Positions 18,967-27,217 of a stretch of DNA of 64,000 nucleotides are shown in pieces. The translations under genes and the position numbers were made by a program. The stretch spans positions 1,006,270 to 1,070,269 of the forward strand of contig NZ_JAYRYK010000001.1 of the NCBI RefSeq assembly GCF_041916975.1. The letters are read 5' to 3'. The DNA is from Sphingosinicella sp. (lineage in GTDB: Bacteria; Pseudomonadota; Alphaproteobacteria; Sphingomonadales; Sphingomonadaceae). A model generated the notes under the pieces. That model searched no databases. It was not told the origin of the DNA and saw only the letters and a program-made list of their open reading frames with translations. The stretch's first letter is position 1. Every line of letters begins with the position of its first letter.

Positions 18967-20615
18967 GAGGTCCGGAAGGCGTTGGTGATCGGATAGCGGC
19001 GGTCTCGCCCAAAGTTGCGGACGCCGATCTTGACGCCGGGGGGCGACTGGCGGCGCTTGTATTCGGCGACGTAGAGCAGGCGCTCGATGCGGATGACGGT
19101 GTCGCGATCGAAGCCGCGCGCGACGATGTCGGCGACCGAAAGCTCCTCCTCGACGAGGCCGTGCAGGATCGGATCGAGGATTTCGTAAGGCGGCAGCGAA
19201 TCCTGATCCTTCTGGTTCTCGCGCAGCTCGGCCGTGGGCGGCTTGGTGATGACACGCTCCGGCATCACCGGGCCATTCGGTCCCAGCGCCAGTTTCGGGC
19301 GGTTCGCATTCCGCCACCGCGAGAGCGCGAACACCGTGGTCTTGTAGGCATCCTTCAGCACCGAATAGCCGCCCGCCATATCGCCGTAGATCGTGGCATA
19401 GCCCACCGACATCTCCGACTTGTTGCCGGTGGTGAGCAGCATGTGGCCGAACTTGTTGGAAAGCGCCATCAGCGTAACGCCCCGGATGCGCGACTGGATA
19501 TTTTCCTCTGTAATGTCGCGCGCCTTGCCTTCGAACACCGGCGCGAGCATCGCGTCGAACGCCTCCATGGCAGGCGTGATCGCGATGGTATCGAGGCGGC
19601 AACCGAGCATCCGCGCGCACTCCGCCGCATCTTCGAGACTGTCCTGCGACGTGAAGCGCGAGGGCATCATCACGCACCACACGCGGTCCGCACCGAGCGC
19701 ATCCACCGCTACCGCCGCCGAGAGCGCCGAATCGATACCGCCCGAAAGCCCGAGCACGACGCCCGGGAAGCGGTTGCGGTTCACATAATCGGCGAGGCCG
19801 ATCTGCATCGCGTGGTAGATGTCCTCCGGATACGGATCGAGGCGGTGTTTGTGCCCTTCCTCGCATACCCAGCCCTTCGCGGTGCGGAACCAGGTGGTGA
19901 GCGTGACGCGCTCTTCCCAGTCCGGGAACTGCACGGCGATGCGGCGGTCCGCGTTCATCACGAAGCTGGCGCCGTCGAACACGATCTCGTCCTGCCCGCC
20001 GACGCGGTTGAGGTACGCGAGCGGCAGGCCGGTTTCGGCGACGCGCATCGCGGCAAGCGAAAGCCGTTTATCGTCCTTGTCGAGCTCATAGGGACTGCCG
20101 TTCGGAACGAGCAGGATTTCCGCGCCCGTCTCGGCGAGGCATTCGCACACGTCCGGGAACCAGATGTCCTCGCAGATAGGCACGCCGAAGCGCACGCCGC
20201 GGAACGCCAGCGGCCCCGGCAGCGGGCCGGGCACGAACACGCGCTTCTCGTCGAACACGCCGTAGTTCGGCAGTTCGTGCTTGCGTGTCCACGCCGCGAT
20301 TTTGCCGCCGTCGAGCAGCGCCATCGCGTTATAGAGCTTGCCGTCTTCCAGAAGCACGCTGCCGACGAGCATCGCCGGGCCGCCGTCCGCCGTGGCTTCC
20401 GCCATGCGCTGCAATTCCGCTTCCGCTGCGCGCACCAGCGACGGCTTCAGCACGAGGTCTTCGGGCGGATAGCCGATGAGCGAAAGTTCGCAGGTGACGA
20501 TGAGGTCCGCTTCGGGCTGACGCGCCCGCGCGGCGAGCATCGCGTCGGCGTTGCCGCGAAGGTCGCCCATGGTCTGGTTGAGCTGCGCGAAAGCGATCTG
20601 AAGGCGTTCAGTCAT
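18963..20615 (-). CDS. nadE: Glutamine-dependent NAD+ synthetase
   Basis: N-terminal nitrilase-like domain (LQIAFAQLN..., CEL, ICEDIW) plus the synthetase P-loop GLSGGIDSAL. Confidence 0.93.
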   Translation of the reverse strand: MTERLQIAFAQLNQTMGDLRGNADAMLAARARQPEADLIVTCELSLIGYPPEDLVLKPSLVRAAEAELQRMAEATADGGPAMLVGSVLLEDGKLYNAMALLDGGKIAAWTRKHELPNYGVFDEKRVFVPGPLPGPLAFRGVRFGVPICEDIWFPDVCECLAETGAEILLVPNGSPYELDKDDKRLSLAAMRVAETGLPLAYLNRVGGQDEIVFDGASFVMNADRRIAVQFPDWEERVTLTTWFRTAKGWVCEEGHKHRLDPYPEDIYHAMQIGLADYVNRNRFPGVVLGLSGGIDSALSAAVAVDALGADRVWCVMMPSRFTSQDSLEDAAECARMLGCRLDTIAITPAMEAFDAMLAPVFEGKARDITEENIQSRIRGVTLMALSNKFGHMLLTTGNKSEMSVGYATIYGDMAGGYSVLKDAYKTTVFALSRWRNANRPKLALGPNGPVMPERVITKPPTAELRENQKDQDSLPPYEILDPILHGLVEEELSVADIVARGFDRDTVIRIERLLYVAEYKRRQSPPGVKIGVRNFGRDRRYPITNAFRTS

Positions 20616-20684
20616 GCGGCGTCTTCTAGGCTGTCGAAACGGCTTTGGCGATGCCTTCACGCCACCGCGCGAAGGGGGCTTTCG

Positions 20685-20710
20685 AACGCCGCGGCTTCCG
20701 TTTAGGTTCC
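20685..20710 (-). promoter_or_regulatory. EcfG-type promoter consensus (GGAAC-N17-CGTT) facing nadE
   Basis: The minus strand reads GGAAC ctaaacggaagccgcgg CGTT. The -10 element ends ~70 nt upstream of the nadE ATG, in the nadE/plsY divergent spacer. Confidence 0.3.
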
Positions 20711-20716
20711 GCGCCG

Positions 20717-21343
20717 ATGTTCACCGACACGCCCCTTCTGGCCAACCCTTGGACCTGGTTCGTCGTCGGCTATCTGCTGGGCGCGATTCCCTTCGGCCTC
20801 ATCGTCACGCGCCTCGCGGGGATGGGCGATATCCGCCGCATGGGATCGGGCAATATCGGCACGACCAACGTGCTGCGCACCGGCGGCAAGAGCCTCGCGG
20901 CGCTGACCCTGCTGCTCGATGCGGGCAAGGGCGCGCTTGCCGTTTGGCTCGGCCAAACCTTCGCATATGGCGGCGACATCCTTGGCGGCATGGGCGCGTT
21001 CATCGGCCATCTGTTTCCGGTGTGGCTGCTGTTCCGCGGCGGCAAGGGTGTCGCCACGATGCTCGGCATCGCGCTCGCCATCCATCCGCCCGCGGGGCTC
21101 GTCTTCGCGGCTGTCTGGCTGCTCGTCGCGGGTGTAACGCGCTACTCCTCGCTCGCCGGGCTGATGGCGGTAACGCTGACCCCGCTCGCGCCCGCGCTCG
21201 CCGGACGCTGGGATGCCGCGCTGCTGTTCGCGGGCATGGCCGTGCTGGTGATCGCGAAGCACGACGAGAACATCGCGAAGCTGCGCGCGGGCACCGAGAG
21301 CAAGATCGGCGGGCGCGGCGGCGCGCCCGATCCGAATGGCTGA
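20717..21343 (+). CDS. plsY: Glycerol-3-phosphate acyltransferase PlsY
   Basis: GYLLGAIPFGLIV..., GSGNIGTTNVLRTGGK, DAGKGALAV, FRGGKGVAT. Confidence 0.93.
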   Translation: MFTDTPLLANPWTWFVVGYLLGAIPFGLIVTRLAGMGDIRRMGSGNIGTTNVLRTGGKSLAALTLLLDAGKGALAVWLGQTFAYGGDILGGMGAFIGHLFPVWLLFRGGKGVATMLGIALAIHPPAGLVFAAVWLLVAGVTRYSSLAGLMAVTLTPLAPALAGRWDAALLFAGMAVLVIAKHDENIAKLRAGTESKIGGRGGAPDPNG

Positions 21344-22433
21344 CCGGCCGGGCAGCGACATCGAACGCATCGCAAAGCTGCGGCTGATTCGCAGCGAAAA
21401 CGTGGGGCCGGTGAGCTACCGGCACCTCACCGCGCGTTACGGAAGTGCATCGGCGGCGCTTGAAGTCCTTCCCGACCTCGCACGGCGTGGTGGCCGTCGT
21501 GACTTCCGGATTGCAAACCTCGCCGCCGTTCAGCGCGAAATGGAAGCCGTGGACGCGGCCGGGGCACGCTTCGTGTTCCTCGGAGAGGCCAATTATCCGC
21601 CGCTGCTCGCCGAGATCGAGGACGCACCGCCCGCGCTTGCCGTGCGCGGCGATATCAAGCACGCGCACCGCCGCACGATCGGCATCGTCGGTGCGCGCAA
21701 TGCGTCGGCCGCAGCGATCCGGTTCGCGCGCGGACTTGCCGCCGATCTTGCCGCCGCCGACATCGTCGTCGTCTCGGGGCTCGCACGCGGTATCGACGCC
21801 GCGGCGCACGCGGGTGCGCTTTCGGGCGGTACGATCGGCGTGATCGCGGGCGGCATCGACAACATCTACCCACCCGAGAACGCAGAGCTTTATGCCGCGC
21901 TTTACGAACGCGGCCTCGTGATCGCAGAGCAGCCCTTCGGCACCGAGCCGCAGGCGCGGCACTTCCCGCGCCGCAACCGTCTGATCTCGGGGCTTTCGGC
22001 GGGAATTGTCGTCGTTGAAGCCGCACCGCGCTCGGGCTCGCTCATCACGGCGCGCTTCGCGGGCGAACAAGGCCGCGAGGTGATGGCGGTGCCCGGCTTC
22101 CCGCTCGATCCGCGCGCACAGGGGTGCAACCAGCTGATCCGCGACGGTGCGACGCTCGTGCAATCCGCCGCCGACATCGCAGAGACGATTGCGCCTTTCG
22201 GGGCCACGCGACTCGCCGCAGGCGGCAGCCGCTTCTCGGCCCCGCCCCCCACAGACGCCGACGACAGCGCGCGCACCGCCGTGACTGCGTTGCTCAGCCT
22301 CACGCCCGTCGCCGTCGATGAACTCGTCCGCCTGTCGGGCGAACCGCCCGCCGTCGTGCAGACCGTGCTTCTCGAACTCGAACTCGCCGGGCGCCTCGTG
22401 CGCCATGCCGGCGCACGCGTGGCGCTCGCATGA
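21336..22433 (+). CDS. dprA: DNA-processing protein DprA (Smf)
   Basis: LRLIRSENVGPVSYRHL, VGARNAS, VVSGLARGIDAAAH, GTIGVIAGGID, SGSLITAR. Confidence 0.92.
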   Translation: MADRPGSDIERIAKLRLIRSENVGPVSYRHLTARYGSASAALEVLPDLARRGGRRDFRIANLAAVQREMEAVDAAGARFVFLGEANYPPLLAEIEDAPPALAVRGDIKHAHRRTIGIVGARNASAAAIRFARGLAADLAAADIVVVSGLARGIDAAAHAGALSGGTIGVIAGGIDNIYPPENAELYAALYERGLVIAEQPFGTEPQARHFPRRNRLISGLSAGIVVVEAAPRSGSLITARFAGEQGREVMAVPGFPLDPRAQGCNQLIRDGATLVQSAADIAETIAPFGATRLAAGGSRFSAPPPTDADDSARTAVTALLSLTPVAVDELVRLSGEPPAVVQTVLLELELAGRLVRHAGARVALA

Positions 22434-23140
22434 GCTCGCGGCAGAAGCGCGGCGCGGCGCTCGACCCGGAGCTGCTGCTCCGCGCCTATTCGATCGGCAT
22501 CTTCCCGATGGCGGAAAGCCGCGATGCCGAGGACGTGTTCTGGGTGGAACCGCGCGAGCGCGCGATCCTGCCACTCGAAGGCTTCCATCTCTCGCGCAGC
22601 CTCGCCAAGACACTGAAGCAGGAGCGTTTCGCGCACAGCGTCGATCGCGCCTTCAATGCCGTGATCGACGCCTGCGCCGAGCCTGCACCCGATCGTGCGG
22701 ACACATGGATCAACCGGCAGATCCGCGAAGCCTACACCTTCCTCCATCGCATCGGCCACGCGCACAGCGTCGAATGCTGGGAGGGAGACGCGCTCGTCGG
22801 CGGCCTTTACGGCGTCAGGATCGGCGGCGCGTTTTTCGGCGAAAGCATGTTCAGCCGCCGCACCGACGCTTCGAAAGCCGCGCTCGCGCATCTCGTCGCG
22901 CGGCTGCGCGTCGGCGGTTTTCGGCTGCTCGATTGCCAGTTCATGACCGGACACCTCGCCAGCCTCGGCGCGGTGGAGATCAACCGCGAAACCTATCTTC
23001 AGTTGCTGGGCGGTGCGACGGGCGTTTCGGATGCGGATTTCGGCGCGCTCGACGCGCTGCCAGACGACTTGCCGACCACGATCGTGCGCGGGCCGGTTTC
23101 CGGGAAGCGCATCGCGCAGCTTCTGACCCAGACGTCGTAG
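22430..23140 (+). CDS. aat: Leucyl/phenylalanyl-tRNA--protein transferase
   Basis: LLLRAYSIGIFPM, VFWVEPRERAILPLEGFH, SVECWEGDALVGGLYGVRIGGAFFGESMF, LDCQ. Start overlaps the dprA stop (ATGA). Confidence 0.92.
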   Translation: MSSRQKRGAALDPELLLRAYSIGIFPMAESRDAEDVFWVEPRERAILPLEGFHLSRSLAKTLKQERFAHSVDRAFNAVIDACAEPAPDRADTWINRQIREAYTFLHRIGHAHSVECWEGDALVGGLYGVRIGGAFFGESMFSRRTDASKAALAHLVARLRVGGFRLLDCQFMTGHLASLGAVEINRETYLQLLGGATGVSDADFGALDALPDDLPTTIVRGPVSGKRIAQLLTQTS

Positions 23141-23556
23141 CGTTCATTGTCGAAGCTGTTCAGCGACGGGCTTTCGGCGAAGAGCCAACCCGAAAACAGG
23201 CGCTTCATGCTGTTGTCGCGCGTGGGCCCGTCGATCTGAAGGAAGGCGCCGGTGTGCGGACGCTGCCACGGCGGCGATGCCTCGCAGGTGCGCGCCGCGA
23301 TGCGGAGCTTGCCGAAACGAACGGTCTCGCCCGGCTTCAAGGTGAGGTCGCGCGTCTCGCTGCTCACCTTGTCGAGCACGCCGATCACAAGCACGCGCTC
23401 TGCATTCGGTGTCGGAAGTTTCACCGGTGCGGCCTTGGGCGCCGAAGGAGCAGACGCTGGAGTCGGTGCAGGTTCGGTTGCAGGCGCGGGCTGCGCGGCA
23501 GCCGGCGCGGCGAGCAGCACCATGCCGAGCGCGGCGCGGGCCGCTGGACGGATCAC
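22999..23556 (-). CDS. DUF2155 domain protein (secreted)
   Basis: Signal peptide, then GVLDKVSSETRDLTLKPGETVRFGKLRIAARTCE...FSGWLFAESPSLNSFDNERYDVWVRSC. The GTG start overlaps the mlaD stop (GTGA). The low-complexity tail overlaps the aat 3' end. Confidence 0.75.
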   Translation of the reverse strand: MIRPAARAALGMVLLAAPAAAQPAPATEPAPTPASAPSAPKAAPVKLPTPNAERVLVIGVLDKVSSETRDLTLKPGETVRFGKLRIAARTCEASPPWQRPHTGAFLQIDGPTRDNSMKRLFSGWLFAESPSLNSFDNERYDVWVRSCAMRFPETGPRTIVVGKSSGSASSAPKSASETPVAPPSN

Positions 23557-24059
23557 GGCGCGGCGGGCTCCGCAGGTGCGGACTCACCGGCCTTGTCTTC
23601 GGACTTGCCGGTCTGGTTGATGAAGCCGCCGATCAGCGTCATCAGGTCGACCGAGCCCTGCGTGTCGAGAATCTCGTCGCCCTCGCGCATCATCTCGCTG
23701 TCGCCGCCCGGCGTCAGAGAAATGTAGCTGCCGCCGAGGATGCCTTCGGAGGTGATCGCGGCGCTGCTGTCGAGCGGCAGCTTGATTCGCTGGTCGATCG
23801 AAAGGCCGAGCCGCGCCTGGAACGTGTCCGGATCGAGCGACTGGTCGACGACCGAACCCACCTTGATGCCGGAGACGCGCACGTCCGTGCCCACCGCAAC
23901 GCCCGTGGCGTTCGGGAATAGCGCCGAGACGCGATAGCGATCCGCGCCGACATTGCCCGACGTGCGCTGATACGAGAACAGCACGAACACGACTGCGATA
24001 CCGACGACAAGCGCGCCGACGATCGCCTCGATCAGGTTCTGCCGGAACAGCGCGGTCAT
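23553..24059 (-). CDS. mlaD: MlaD-like (MCE domain) lipid-asymmetry protein
   Basis: TM anchor plus MCE domain (YRVSALFPNATGVAVGTDVRVSGIKVGSV...). ATG 24059 overlaps the upstream stop (ATGA). Confidence 0.8.
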   Translation of the reverse strand: MTALFRQNLIEAIVGALVVGIAVVFVLFSYQRTSGNVGADRYRVSALFPNATGVAVGTDVRVSGIKVGSVVDQSLDPDTFQARLGLSIDQRIKLPLDSSAAITSEGILGGSYISLTPGGDSEMMREGDEILDTQGSVDLMTLIGGFINQTGKSEDKAGESAPAEPAAP

Positions 24060-24448
24060 GCCTCTTCGGGGCTCCACGCCTCATAGTCGCCCGTCGCGCG
24101 GGCGCGCGGCGCCTCGCTGGCGAGCGTCCCCGGCCGGTGCCACGCGGCGACGGTCCCGGTGGGGTTCGCATGATGCGGCTTTTCCCACACCTTGCGGGGC
24201 AGCGTCGAGTCGCCCGGCAGCACGTCCGTGGATTTGTGCAGCCAGCCGTGCCACTCAGGCGGCACGCGGCTCGCCTCGTTGAGGCCGTTGTAGATCACCC
24301 AGCGGTGCTCCGCACGCTTGCCGGGCTTGCGGAAATAGCGGTTGCCCTCCGCATCCTGGCCGACCTCCTCGCCGTGGAAACGCGTCATGTAGCGCGTTCC
24401 CCACGTCGGGCCGTCCCACCAGGTGAAAATCGACTTGAACAGACCCAT
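24056..24448 (-). CDS. NADH:ubiquinone oxidoreductase subunit NDUFA12-family protein
   Basis: 130 aa. FTWWDG.TWGT...G..VG.D..GN.Y......RRWVIY......S.VPPEWH.WLH matches the NDUFA12 pattern. Confidence 0.85.
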   Translation of the reverse strand: MGLFKSIFTWWDGPTWGTRYMTRFHGEEVGQDAEGNRYFRKPGKRAEHRWVIYNGLNEASRVPPEWHGWLHKSTDVLPGDSTLPRKVWEKPHHANPTGTVAAWHRPGTLASEAPRARATGDYEAWSPEEA

Positions 24449-24485
24449 TGCCGGCTCCGCTGACTTCAGTTGGCGCCTTAGAGCC

Positions 24486-25019
24486 TTATTCCGCGCCGCC
24501 TTGCAAGTCCCGAAGGTCGTATTCGACGAGATCGCCGGGCGTCACGCCGATCCGCGCCGCCTCTCCGGCATTGAGTTCGAGCACGGCGGCGACAGGGCCG
24601 AGCGAGCTGCGCTGCGCTTCATTGAGCGGCGGAACGTCGGCGAGGATGCTTTCGATGCGTCCGTCAGCGAGGAGGAACACCATGTCGAGCGGGATATATG
24701 TGTTGCGCATCCAGAACGTCGCCGGGCGCGGCGCAGGGAACGGGAAGATCATGCCCGCATCCTTCGGCATCGTGCGGCGGTACATGAGGCCCTGCGCCTG
24801 CTCGTCCGACGTGCGCGCGACCTCAACCGTGTAGCCGTGCCGCTTGCCGCCCGACGTGACGATGGTGAGCGGAATCTTGCGAAGCGGCTGGACCGCGGGC
24901 TCTCCTGCGGCTTCAGCTGCAGGTTCCTGCGTGGCGGCGGAGGGCGTACTGCCGCAGCCCGATACGGCAGCCACGAGCAGGAGGGCCGCAAGAAACGGCC
25001 GATGACGAACGGAAATCAT
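24486..25019 (-). CDS. DUF192 domain lipoprotein
   Basis: Lipobox AAVSGC, then VEVARTSDEQAQGLMYR...GMIFPF......FWMRNTYIPLDMVF (DUF192 signature). Confidence 0.8.
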   Translation of the reverse strand: MISVRHRPFLAALLLVAAVSGCGSTPSAATQEPAAEAAGEPAVQPLRKIPLTIVTSGGKRHGYTVEVARTSDEQAQGLMYRRTMPKDAGMIFPFPAPRPATFWMRNTYIPLDMVFLLADGRIESILADVPPLNEAQRSSLGPVAAVLELNAGEAARIGVTPGDLVEYDLRDLQGGAE

Positions 25020-25029
25020 GAAAAGGGCT

Positions 25030-25605
25030 CTATGCCTCTCCAACCGTGATGGCAACGGCCAGCGGCCCCTTGTCGCCGTCCGCGATGCGCGCCATCACAT
25101 ATTGGCCCGGCGTGAGTTCGATGAGACCCGCGCGGCGCACGGTTTCCATGTGCACGAAGATGTCGTGCGAACCTTCGCCGCGCGTGAGAAAACCATAGCC
25201 TTTCAGGCGGTTGAACCACTTGACCTCAAGCCGCTCGTAATCGCCCGCATCGTCGATGAGCTGCATCGGATCGACGCGCGACGCGGCGCGCTGCACGACG
25301 AGTTCGGGATCGGGCCCGATCGCCGTCGTCAAATCCAGCTCAATGATGCGTCGCGCCTGCCGGCCCCGTTCCCGCGCAACCGCCATGCAGACGACTGTCG
25401 CGCCTTCAGGCAGCGTGCGGCGACCAACCTCGCGCAACGTGGAAAAGTGTACCAACACATCGCCGCTCCCATCACTGGGAACGATGAAGCCATATCCCCG
25501 TACCGCATCGAACCACTTTACTGTGCCCTCGACGCGGCATTCCTCGGCGACTTCGGCAAGGTCGGACACGTGCTCACCCTCTGGCAGCAACGCGTGCTCG
25601 GCCAT
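25030..25605 (-). CDS. Cold-shock protein with two cold-shock domains
   Basis: Two CSDs: [17 protein letters not shown]...DVLVHFS and [15 protein letters not shown]...DIFVHME. GGAGGGGG lies upstream of ATG 25605. Confidence 0.9.
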   Translation of the reverse strand: MAEHALLPEGEHVSDLAEVAEECRVEGTVKWFDAVRGYGFIVPSDGSGDVLVHFSTLREVGRRTLPEGATVVCMAVARERGRQARRIIELDLTTAIGPDPELVVQRAASRVDPMQLIDDAGDYERLEVKWFNRLKGYGFLTRGEGSHDIFVHMETVRRAGLIELTPGQYVMARIADGDKGPLAVAITVGEA

Positions 25606-25669
25606 TACCCCCTCCGACGCACATTTAATTTTCCGAGAAAGAACGCTACCACAAAACCCCGTAATCACG

Positions 25670-25681
25670 AACTATATAGTT
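25670..25681. promoter_or_regulatory. Perfect 12-bp AT-rich palindrome AACTATATAGTT in the csp/coxG divergent spacer
   Basis: Read directly. Flanked by a 9-bp direct repeat TTAATTTTC (25625-25633 and 25680-25688). Confidence 0.3.
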
Positions 25682-25715
25682 AATTTTCAAAGCGACAAGA
25701 CAAAGGATTGCGCCG

Positions 25716-26300
25716 ATGGAACTGAACGGTGAGACCCTGATCGCGGCGCCGCGCGAACGGGTCTGGGCGGCGCTCAACAATCCCGACGTGCTCGCCGCCT
25801 GCATCGAGGGCGTGGAACGGCTTGAGCGCGCAGGGGAAAACCGCTTCGAAGGCACGATGAACGCCAAGGTCGGCCCGGTGCGCGCGAAGTTCACGGGCGC
25901 GGTAGAGCTGTCGGAAATCGATGCGCCGAACGCCTATGTGATCTCTGGTGAAGGCAAGGGCGGCGTCGCCGGTTTCGCGAAGGGCAAGGCCTCGGTGAGG
26001 CTAGAAGACGCGCCCGGCGGCACGCGACTCGCCTGGCAGGCGAGCTCCACCGTTGGCGGCAAGCTCGCGCAACTCGGGGCACGGCTGATTGAAGGCACTG
26101 CAAAGGCTTATGCGGAATCTTTCTTCGCCGCCTTCAAGGCACGGGTGGAAGGCGATGGCGCGGCAGAGCAAGAACCCGTGGTTCTTCCTGAAACCGATCT
26201 TTCCGAAGGCACTGATGAGACGCCCGGACTTTCCCCCGCCGTGTGGGGCGGCATCGTGATCGCGCTCGTCGCTGCGCTGGTGCTCTGGCTGGTGCTGTGA
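25716..26300 (+). CDS. CoxG-family SRPBCC protein with a C-terminal TM anchor
   Basis: RERVWAALNNPDVLAACIEG...VGPVRAKFTG...GKGG.AGFAKG...GGKLAQLG.RLI is the CoxG pattern. Confidence 0.8.
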   Translation: MELNGETLIAAPRERVWAALNNPDVLAACIEGVERLERAGENRFEGTMNAKVGPVRAKFTGAVELSEIDAPNAYVISGEGKGGVAGFAKGKASVRLEDAPGGTRLAWQASSTVGGKLAQLGARLIEGTAKAYAESFFAAFKARVEGDGAAEQEPVVLPETDLSEGTDETPGLSPAVWGGIVIALVAALVLWLVL

Positions 26301-27217
26301 ACGGAGACGACACCGCCGCGCTGATCGCCACGCTTCGCGGCTGGATTGCCGCCGGGCACAAGGCGGCGATCGCCACGGTGATCGAGACTTGGGGCTCCGC
26401 GCCGCGCCGCACGGGCGCGCATCTCCTGATTCGCGACGACGGGCTGTTCGAAGGCTCTGTGAGCGGCGGCTGCGTGGAGGGCGACGTGATCGCCGCGGCT
26501 GCGGACGTGATTGCGGTCAATGCACCGAAGCGCCTCGAATACGGCGTCGCCGATGCCCGCGCCTGGGAGGTCGGCCTTGCCTGCGGCGGCCGGATCGCGG
26601 TTCTGGTGCAGCCGGCGTCCGAAGCGGGCTTCGCGCCTGCCCTCGCCGAACGCCTCGGCAAGGCGCTCGCGGGCGGCGAGAGTGTGCGCGTCACCACCGA
26701 TGCGGACGGCGTTTCCCGCGAGGGTGAAGGCGAAGGTTTCTCGCGCCTTTATGAACCCGCGGGGCGGCTGATGATCGTCGGTGCGGTCCACATCGCGCAG
26801 GCACTCGTGCCGATGGCGGAACTGCTCGGTTACGTGCCGCTCGTCGTCGATCCGCGCGGCAGTTTCGCTGCGGCTGAACGCTTCTCGCACATCACCGTCG
26901 ATCCGCGCTGGCCCGACGAGGCGCTCGCCGACTGGAAGCCGGACGGCGCGAGCGCAGTCGTGGCGCTGACCCACGATTCCAAGCTCGACGACCCGGCGCT
27001 GATCGCGGCACTGAATTCGCCTGCTTTCTATATTGCCGCGCTGGGATCGCGGAAGAACCAGGCAATTCGCCGCGAACGCCTCGCCGCCGCCGGGTTCGAC
27101 GAGGCGGCGCTTGCCCGGGTCCAAGGCCCCGCCGGGCTTGCCATCGGCGCGGCGAACCCCGCCGAGATCGCGCTGTCGATCGCCGCACAGATGATCGCGG
27201 TACGGCGCGGCGCGTGA
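26297..27217 (+). CDS. XdhC/CoxI-family molybdoenzyme maturation protein
   Basis: AIATVIETWGSAPRRTGAHLLI...GSVSGGCVEG, second Rossmann-like half LMIVGAVHIAQAL...THD.KLDDPAL. The GTG start overlaps the coxG stop. Confidence 0.85.
   Translation: MNGDDTAALIATLRGWIAAGHKAAIATVIETWGSAPRRTGAHLLIRDDGLFEGSVSGGCVEGDVIAAAADVIAVNAPKRLEYGVADARAWEVGLACGGRIAVLVQPASEAGFAPALAERLGKALAGGESVRVTTDADGVSREGEGEGFSRLYEPAGRLMIVGAVHIAQALVPMAELLGYVPLVVDPRGSFAAAERFSHITVDPRWPDEALADWKPDGASAVVALTHDSKLDDPALIAALNSPAFYIAALGSRKNQAIRRERLAAAGFDEAALARVQGPAGLAIGAANPAEIALSIAAQMIAVRRGA

Noticed and set aside
18967-19866. N-terminal 300 aa of the 742-aa track ORF 17638-19866
   Set aside because: This part lies inside nadE in another frame. 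The GltX HIGH motif starts right after ATG 18966, which forms an ATGA overlap with the nadE stop.
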